NCBI RefSeq assembly: GCF_000392435.1
Contig: NC_021219.1
Coordinates: 180,001-212,000 of the forward strand
Direction: 5' to 3'
DNA: 32,000 nt
Source of the DNA: Candidatus Saccharimonas aalborgensis
Lineage (GTDB): Bacteria; Patescibacteriota; Saccharimonadia; Saccharimonadales; Saccharimonadaceae
Made by a program: the position numbers and the translations under genes. This document shows positions 26,128-32,000 of the stretch, piece after piece. How positions within the stretch are numbered: position 1 is the first letter of the stretch; each line of letters opens with the position of its first letter. The notes under the pieces are model-generated. The model did no database searches. It was given only the letters and a program-made list of their open reading frames with translations, and was not told the DNA's origin.

Positions 26128-27360
26128 ATGGAACGTCTCCTCAACCTTCAAGACCAATATAAGTTCCCGATGGGACAGTTTATCTATGAACAAGAACCCG
26201 CTGCAGAAGTAACCTTCAAAATGGTGAATCGCAAGGCAAAAAGTGGTATGCGCATCGCAGATTATGTTTCGGTTCAAGAGCTACAAGAATATTACGATAG
26301 CCTGCGCAGCCTCCGTTATACGCCCGAGGAGCTGGCGATCATCGAACGACAGGAGGGCAAGGACTACACACCTGAATTCCTTGGGTACTTAGCCGCATTC
26401 CGTTTACCGGAAATTGAGGTCTCAATTGATCCAGCGACGAATGATTTGACCGCCGTCACAAGCGGAAAGTGGAATGACGTTTCACAAGCTGAGATTCCAA
26501 TCCTCAAAGCCATCCCCACACTCTACTACCCTCGTTATCTTGCCGATCACGGCATAAGTAAACGTGAGTGGTTTCGTGGCGGCGATGAGCGTGGCACAGA
26601 GTTTATCAACTATATAACGTCGAGTGGCGCAGCTACGGCCGAGTTCGGCACACGACGCGCAGCATCGAGTGAATGGCAGGATCACATGGTAGGACGTATG
26701 GTCGAGGAATGCCCTGGGCAATTTATCGGCACCTCAAATCCCTGGCTCGCAGCCAAATATGGGGTCAAAGAAGTGGGCACAAACGCCCACGAGCTAGGAT
26801 CGGTCTTTGGCGCACTTGAGGGTAGCCGCGGCGGAAATCCACTCGATGGCCAAGTACGCCTGTTTCGCGAATGGATGACGCGCTTCCCGATGATGCGGGC
26901 TGCGCTTATCGACACGTTTACAAGTGATGTCGCCCTTCATGACATGGACCGAACCCTATACGAGCAGACTGAGCTCTATCGTATAGACTCTGGGGTAGAA
27001 GAAAAAATTGGTCAAAAAGTTATTGCGATGCTCGAACGTGTCGGTATCGATCCAACGACACGCACCCTCATGTTTACCAATAGTTTGAGCGGTAAACGTG
27101 TCGCGGAACTACAGCACCTATTTGGCGGGCAAACGCGTGTTGCCTTTGGCGTTGGCGGTGGCTCAACTAACAATATGCCCTATACTCCCGGTCTCAATAT
27201 CGTCTGTAAGGCCGTCGAGGTAAATAGCATAGGCACAGTAAAGTTAAGTGACGATGATGGAAAACACATGGGCAATCCGGCCGATGTCGACCGTTACCTA
27301 ACTCTGTGTGCACAGCGACTCGCCGAACCTGCTGCATGGGACATGACGAGTGCGCTATGA
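26128..27360 (+). CDS. pncB: Nicotinate phosphoribosyltransferase
   Basis: 'DQYKFPMGQFIYEQEPAAEVTFKMVNR', 'EFGTRRAAS', 'FIGTSNPWLAAKYGVKEVGTNAHELGSVFGA'. Confidence 0.95.
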   Translation: MERLLNLQDQYKFPMGQFIYEQEPAAEVTFKMVNRKAKSGMRIADYVSVQELQEYYDSLRSLRYTPEELAIIERQEGKDYTPEFLGYLAAFRLPEIEVSIDPATNDLTAVTSGKWNDVSQAEIPILKAIPTLYYPRYLADHGISKREWFRGGDERGTEFINYITSSGAATAEFGTRRAASSEWQDHMVGRMVEECPGQFIGTSNPWLAAKYGVKEVGTNAHELGSVFGALEGSRGGNPLDGQVRLFREWMTRFPMMRAALIDTFTSDVALHDMDRTLYEQTELYRIDSGVEEKIGQKVIAMLERVGIDPTTRTLMFTNSLSGKRVAELQHLFGGQTRVAFGVGGGSTNNMPYTPGLNIVCKAVEVNSIGTVKLSDDDGKHMGNPADVDRYLTLCAQRLAEPAAWDMTSAL

Positions 27361-28856
27361 TAAAAGAGACTATGCCAAAACAGCCAATGTTCCCCACCGA
27401 CGAGGAAAAGAGTCGCTTTAGACAGCTCGGCTACGAGCTAGATTCGCACGGAAGACCGCTCCATCCATGGCGCGATCGTCTTCCGCACCTAGCGGAAGGA
27501 AAGGGCTTCTTCTACCATTGGGGACCAAACTATACTGTAGATCCGGTCGTTATTTCCCAGACAACAACACCCCGCCTCCTCCTCATCCAAAGGGGCGATA
27601 CGGGACGATGGGCGTTTCCTGGCGGATTTTTAGAGACAAATGAAGACATCCATACTGCAGGGCTGCGAGAACTCCAGGAAGAAACCGGCCTTGCACAGGT
27701 TGACTCATCGGGGAGAGTGGTCTATACGGGCGTCGTCAACGATCGACGCGCGACACTCCATGCCTGGCCCGAAACGTCGGCAATTTTATGGCGCACTCAT
27801 ACAGCCTATCCAGTACAGGCAGGAGATGATGCAGAGCACGCCGAGTGGGTTCCACTTTGCCACGCGCGAACACTGCTTGCCGATAGTTCGCATGGCGATA
27901 TCCTCGCCGAAGCAATAAAAACTCACGGTAGTCTTCATGAAAAAGTAGAGTATTACGCCGATCAAAGCATTATTCGTGATGCGCAGGGCGGTCATATGGC
28001 ATATAGCCGCGTAATCATCAGCCCGCCCGAAGGAGTGCCAATCTTTGTTAAGCATCACAACAAAAACACGATCACTGATGATATCCGGGCAGATCATTTA
28101 CGTCGATATCTCAAAAAGGAATATGCTGTTTATAAGCACCTTGAGACCCACGGTGTACCTGTACCAAACGACGTTATGCTGATCGACGACCATACGCTGC
28201 TAATGGAAGCGCTTGATCCCAATAGCGGCTGGTATTGGCGGGCACCGGGTGCACCTCATAAACGCGAAGCTTATATCGAAGATATTTTGCGCAGTCTCAC
28301 GACAGTAGCGTCGACTCCCCCTGTGGACACTGCGGATATCGCATCGAGCTACACCACCCTACACCAGGAGGGGTGGAACGTGTACCCCGACCATCAACAG
28401 ATGATTAGGGAGAAGTTAGCAGCATCACAAATCGACGGGAGCAATGAGCTCATAGCAGCACTCGATACTATCTACGCGCGATACTCAGCCCAGCATCCTC
28501 CAGAGCTTACCGCTTTTTGTCACCATGACTTTCGTCAATCTAACGTTGCCTGGCATCCAGCGCACGGTACCAAGATTGTTGACTGGAGTTGGGCTGATCG
28601 CGGGCCACGACTGGCCGATACAACCAGTTTTCTTATCGATCTCTACAAGTCCGGTCATGAGATTAGCCGCTATCAAGAATATGTTGATGAGTATCATGCA
28701 CTCGTGCTGATCGGTTTTTGGCTCGAACACAGCATATGGCCGCCAGCACCATCAAATCATCTGGTTCGTGAGCAACAACTCGCCTCGGCTATTGCTGCAT
28801 TTCGTCTGCTTGAAGAGATTCGACAAACTTCCGTACCTGAGAAAACGGCTTCATGA
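27357..28856 (+). CDS. Fusion: NUDT9-like (ADP-ribose pyrophosphatase-type) Nudix domain + APH-family phosphotransferase domain
   Basis: 'GKGFFYHWGPNYTVDPVVI', Nudix box 'GGFLETNEDIHTAGLRELQEETGL', C-terminal 'FCHHDFRQSNVAWHPAHGTKIVDWSWADRGPRLAD'; ATG overlaps the pncB stop. Confidence 0.85.
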   Translation: MIKETMPKQPMFPTDEEKSRFRQLGYELDSHGRPLHPWRDRLPHLAEGKGFFYHWGPNYTVDPVVISQTTTPRLLLIQRGDTGRWAFPGGFLETNEDIHTAGLRELQEETGLAQVDSSGRVVYTGVVNDRRATLHAWPETSAILWRTHTAYPVQAGDDAEHAEWVPLCHARTLLADSSHGDILAEAIKTHGSLHEKVEYYADQSIIRDAQGGHMAYSRVIISPPEGVPIFVKHHNKNTITDDIRADHLRRYLKKEYAVYKHLETHGVPVPNDVMLIDDHTLLMEALDPNSGWYWRAPGAPHKREAYIEDILRSLTTVASTPPVDTADIASSYTTLHQEGWNVYPDHQQMIREKLAASQIDGSNELIAALDTIYARYSAQHPPELTAFCHHDFRQSNVAWHPAHGTKIVDWSWADRGPRLADTTSFLIDLYKSGHEISRYQEYVDEYHALVLIGFWLEHSIWPPAPSNHLVREQQLASAIAAFRLLEEIRQTSVPEKTAS

Positions 28857-29361
28857 GTTGTGCATATGTCCGCTCGTTTTCCTCTTGGCTCATCTCAGCA
28901 CGTGTAATATCATAGCCTTCGTTGATGAAAAATCTATCAAACCCAAATCCGTTGTCACCCCTAGGAGAGTCTGAGATTGTACCCGGGAGCTCACTGTCAA
29001 AGAACATCATATGCTCACCATCAAAGTAGCCAAATGTGCACCGAATTACTGCGCCACGATCTTCAAATCCATCAAGCATCCGACAACATGCTTCCTCACC
29101 TGCGTGTTCCACAAACCATTTTATGTATGGCCCCGGTAGGTCACCTAGTGCATTAAACGATAGACTTACATCCTCGACCAAGACAGGGCGCCTGACAAAC
29201 GCATAGGCTTGACGAAGTTTGTGCTCAACAATACTATGGAGGTCTGTCGACTGTAGTTCATCAAGATTTACTTTTTGATACTCGAGCGAAATGCCGAGCT
29301 GTCGAGATAAATAGTCCGCTTTATGCTGGTTTCCTGTGATGAATACTGGGAGCTTGCTCAT
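28789..29361 (-). CDS. rdgB: RdgB/HAM1-like non-canonical purine NTP pyrophosphatase
   Basis: 'PVFITGNQHKADYLSRQLG', 'VEDVSLSFNALGDLPGPYIKWF', 'GDNGFGFDRFF'; start at 29361 (MSKLPVF); 3' end overlaps the convergent Nudix fusion gene by about 68 bp. Confidence 0.8.
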   Translation of the reverse strand: MSKLPVFITGNQHKADYLSRQLGISLEYQKVNLDELQSTDLHSIVEHKLRQAYAFVRRPVLVEDVSLSFNALGDLPGPYIKWFVEHAGEEACCRMLDGFEDRGAVIRCTFGYFDGEHMMFFDSELPGTISDSPRGDNGFGFDRFFINEGYDITRAEMSQEENERTYAQLMKPFSQVRKFVESLQADEMQQ

Positions 29362-30101
29362 TTTGTCTTTCTCTTTAGCGTCATGCCGGCCACCAGGAGT
29401 GCACAAACGATAAATGCGGCTACCGCCCATACATCACGCCACATTTCTGCCGATATATCGGTATTCTTCACTACTCCATTAAGGGCATCTACTGCATATG
29501 TTAGTGGCAAATAGTAGGCAATGGTTTCGAGTGTATCGGGTAGTTTATCGAGCGGGACAAAAAGTCCGCAGACAAGGATTTGAGGAAAAATAAGGGCCGG
29601 CATGAATTGCACCGCCTGAAACTCAGTTCGAGCAAATGCGCTCACAAATAGGCCAAGTGCTACACCCAGTAACGTATCAAGTAGCGCAACTACTACCACA
29701 AACCACTGAGGTCCAACCACATTGAGCCCAAGCCAGTATATCGCGACACTGCTCGTAATGAGCGACTGAATTGCACCAAACAACCCAAATGCTATGGCAT
29801 ATCCGATAATAATATCAAGCTTACCGGCCGGCATAGCCAGGAGACGTTCCATTGTGCCAGTGATACGCTCCCTCAGCGTCGTGATACTTGTTACAAGAAA
29901 CATAACCGTAAAAGGAAATATCCCTAGTAGTGCCGGACCAAAAAGATTAAACATTTTTGAATTATCGCTAAATATCCAATACAGCAGCGACATCAGGAGT
30001 GTTGGCGCCAAAAACATGAGAGCGATTGTTCGCTTGTCATGCCATAATTGCTCAATGATTCGCCATGCTGTTGCAAGAGTTACCCTCAAATGGTAGATCA
30101 T
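29358..30101 (-). CDS. ABC-2 type transporter permease
   Basis: 'FPFTVMFLVTSITTLRERITGTMERLLAMP' and multiple TMs; downstream of the ABC ATPase. Confidence 0.9.
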   Translation of the reverse strand: MIYHLRVTLATAWRIIEQLWHDKRTIALMFLAPTLLMSLLYWIFSDNSKMFNLFGPALLGIFPFTVMFLVTSITTLRERITGTMERLLAMPAGKLDIIIGYAIAFGLFGAIQSLITSSVAIYWLGLNVVGPQWFVVVVALLDTLLGVALGLFVSAFARTEFQAVQFMPALIFPQILVCGLFVPLDKLPDTLETIAYYLPLTYAVDALNGVVKNTDISAEMWRDVWAVAAFIVCALLVAGMTLKRKTK

Positions 30102-30802
30102 TTTTGCTCCTCAATCATTGCGACAAAGGCGTCGCCAACGGTCGATTTTTTTGTTCTGACGAGAAGTGCTTTTTTGCTATCGTTCCATAGCATTTCGCCT
30201 GCCCGCAATAAGACTAACTCATCGCAGCGTTCTGCCTCATCCATGACATGACTCGAAATGAGAAGTGTCTTTCCCTTTTTGGCGAGTTTATCAAACAACT
30301 GCCACAGATCGTTTCTTAAAATGGGGTCCAGGCCAACGGTTGGTTCATCAAGGACGAGAAGATCGGGATTACCGATCAATGCGACTGCTAAGTTTACACG
30401 AGCCCGCTGCCCACCTGACAAATTGTCGACAAGACGTTTGCGATAGCGTGTCATATCTACCTCTTTAAGCACACGCTCAACCTCATGCGCATGAGCACCA
30501 CTCACCCGCGCAAAATAGCGCAGGTTCTGTTCAACCGTGAGATCACCATATACTGCAGGGGCTTGCGTCGCATAGCCAATCCTTGATCGTAGTAACGCAT
30601 TCCCAGCAGGAATACCAAATACCATGAGAGATCCCCGATACCGCTGAACACCAACTATCACTCTCATCAGGGTTGTTTTGCCGCTGCCACTTGGTCCCAC
30701 AAGACCAATGAGTTTACCCGGGGGAATAGAGAAGGTTACATTATGAATAATTTTCTGATTATTTCGACTGACCAGCAGACCGCTAGCAACTATTGCATCC
30801 AT
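30098..30802 (-). CDS. ABC transporter ATP-binding protein
   Basis: 'LVGPSGSGKTTLMRVIVG', 'LSGGQRARVNLAVALIGNPDLLVLDEPTVGLDP', 'LLISSHVMDEAERC'. Confidence 0.96.
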   Translation of the reverse strand: MDAIVASGLLVSRNNQKIIHNVTFSIPPGKLIGLVGPSGSGKTTLMRVIVGVQRYRGSLMVFGIPAGNALLRSRIGYATQAPAVYGDLTVEQNLRYFARVSGAHAHEVERVLKEVDMTRYRKRLVDNLSGGQRARVNLAVALIGNPDLLVLDEPTVGLDPILRNDLWQLFDKLAKKGKTLLISSHVMDEAERCDELVLLRAGEMLWNDSKKALLVRTKKSTVGDAFVAMIEEQK

Positions 30803-30824
30803 ATGACCATTGTATCACTCAATA

Positions 30825-31472
30825 TCACCTCCTGCTTATCCGTATTGCTTCATCCAGAAACAGGAGTCCGGCATGTGTAGAGAGGGGTGAGTGGGGAGTT
30901 TTTGGAACAATAGAAATTGGTATGTTTCCCATACCTGCTGCATCGAGATTACTTCTTATTTCGGCAGGTGGAAAGAGTATGTCGTGCTCACCGCTCACAA
31001 TATGGATTGGAATGCCATCAAGAAACAACTCCTTGACCGGGTCCAAAATACGACATACTAGCCCGGCCTCATATTGTGCTCTTGCCTTGCTCGTGCCAGG
31101 TTTTATAGTGCGGATCAAAAAAGCATGGTTAAACAAAAGTCGAAGATCTGTAAAAAGTGACGTTATTTGATGAAGGAAGTTATGATTAACTCGACGCTGC
31201 AGCTCACTATACGGAGAAGGAGACCGTGTATATTCATGGGTATTCAGGCCCAAAGGTTGAAGCAGAATCAGCTGCTCCACGTTGTCGCGCATTTTTTGCA
31301 GATAAAGAGCCACTCCCCCGGCCGCCTGTGACTCGGCAATAATTGAAGCAGGCTGGCCGTATCGTCGCGTCAATTCGTCAACCATCGTCGCGGTATATCT
31401 CACAATAAAATCTGGAACGTCCGAACCATCCTTGTTTGCAAACCAATGCGGCGCGCCTGGTATCACCGCCAC
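30825..31472 (-). CDS. Alpha/beta hydrolase-like protein
   Basis: Catalytic-elbow-like 'IIAESQAAG', 'PIHIVSGEHDILFPP', 'IVPKTPHSPLSTHAGL'; GTG start. Confidence 0.7.
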   Translation of the reverse strand: MAVIPGAPHWFANKDGSDVPDFIVRYTATMVDELTRRYGQPASIIAESQAAGGVALYLQKMRDNVEQLILLQPLGLNTHEYTRSPSPYSELQRRVNHNFLHQITSLFTDLRLLFNHAFLIRTIKPGTSKARAQYEAGLVCRILDPVKELFLDGIPIHIVSGEHDILFPPAEIRSNLDAAGMGNIPISIVPKTPHSPLSTHAGLLFLDEAIRISRR

Positions 31473-31656
31473 GCCCGGCGGGCAGCTTTTTGTAACCCAC
31501 TACGCCAGCCTGCCTACCTGCGCAGTCCCGAGGAACAACCAGGTGGTCACTGTGCTGGCACCAGCACTACAATATATCGTAACCGGAATTATCTGCTGGT
31601 GATAAGAAAAATCAACTTCGATTGTGGAATATTGTCGAGCAAGGTGACTTTTTTTA

Positions 31657-32000
31657 TTACTTATCAATGAGCGCGAGGAATGCCGTTTCATCAATAACCT
31701 TCGTACCATACGACTGAGCCTTTTTCAGTTTACTTGCACCAACCTTACCTCCGACAACCAGGTAATCTGTATCTTTACCGACTGTTGTCTGAAAGGTGCC
31801 GCCTAATGTCCGTATAAGATCAGCCGCCTCGTCACGTCCCATTGAAGTAAGCGTACCAGTCACAACAAATGACATATTTATCAACTTTCCTGATTTTTCT
31901 TCGTAGAAAGGAGTGACATCGTACTGCTCAAACTTAGAAAGTAGTAATTCGTTATCTTCATCAGCAAACCATGCGGCAACACTCTCGGCTACCACATCGC
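31657..32000 (-). CDS. ligA: NAD-dependent DNA ligase, C-terminal BRCT part, truncated by window end
   Basis: 'SVAAWFADEDN...' then BRCT 'LINMSFVVTGTLTSMGRDEAADLIRTLGGTFQTTVGKDTDYLVVGGKVGASKLKKAQSYGTKVIDE'; still open at the window end. Confidence 0.93.
   Translation of the reverse strand, partial: DVVAESVAAWFADEDNELLLSKFEQYDVTPFYEEKSGKLINMSFVVTGTLTSMGRDEAADLIRTLGGTFQTTVGKDTDYLVVGGKVGASKLKKAQSYGTKVIDETAFLALIDK

Noticed and set aside
1-32000. CRISPR array, mobile element, toxin-antitoxin, restriction or phage defence island
   Set aside because: No regularly spaced repeats, no transposase/integrase-like ORF and no defence-type domain was recognised in the translations.

Overview
The window is gene-dense and looks like ordinary bacterial chromosome. 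Compact genes and salvage-only NAD metabolism suggest CPR/Patescibacteria (Saccharibacteria-like), but that is inference. No CRISPR array, transposase, integrase or phage module was seen. The strongest unusual signal is at 3402-8716. It is a tRNA-Gly(UCC)-like gene with a non-canonical D-loop (no GG) and a weakened T-stem, 86 nt upstream of an overlapping operon: MurF-like Mur ligase lacking the usual N-terminal domain, alpha/beta hydrolase, DegT-type aminotransferase and two tandem FemAB-family aminoacyl-tRNA-dependent peptidoglycan transferases. The tRNA resembles the staphylococcal tRNA-Gly isoacceptors that evade EF-Tu and feed interpeptide bridge synthesis, so this may be a self-contained tRNA-dependent cell-wall branching module. 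The second coherent system is an NAD salvage regulon at 21.3-28.9 kb (nadE, nrtR, pnuC, an extra NR-kinase-like gene, nadR, pncA, pncB, and a Nudix-kinase fusion). Five sites match TTAGTGT-N7-ACACTAA and are proposed as NrtR operators. Other content: GH13 glycosidases plus a GH37 trehalase, typA, a P-type ATPase, an RRM protein, ABC exporters, an RdgB-like pyrophosphatase, the ligA 3' part, and four tRNAs. There is a 40-bp partial duplication of tRNA-Phe, and -10 boxes recur 6-8 nt before start codons, suggesting leaderless mRNAs.
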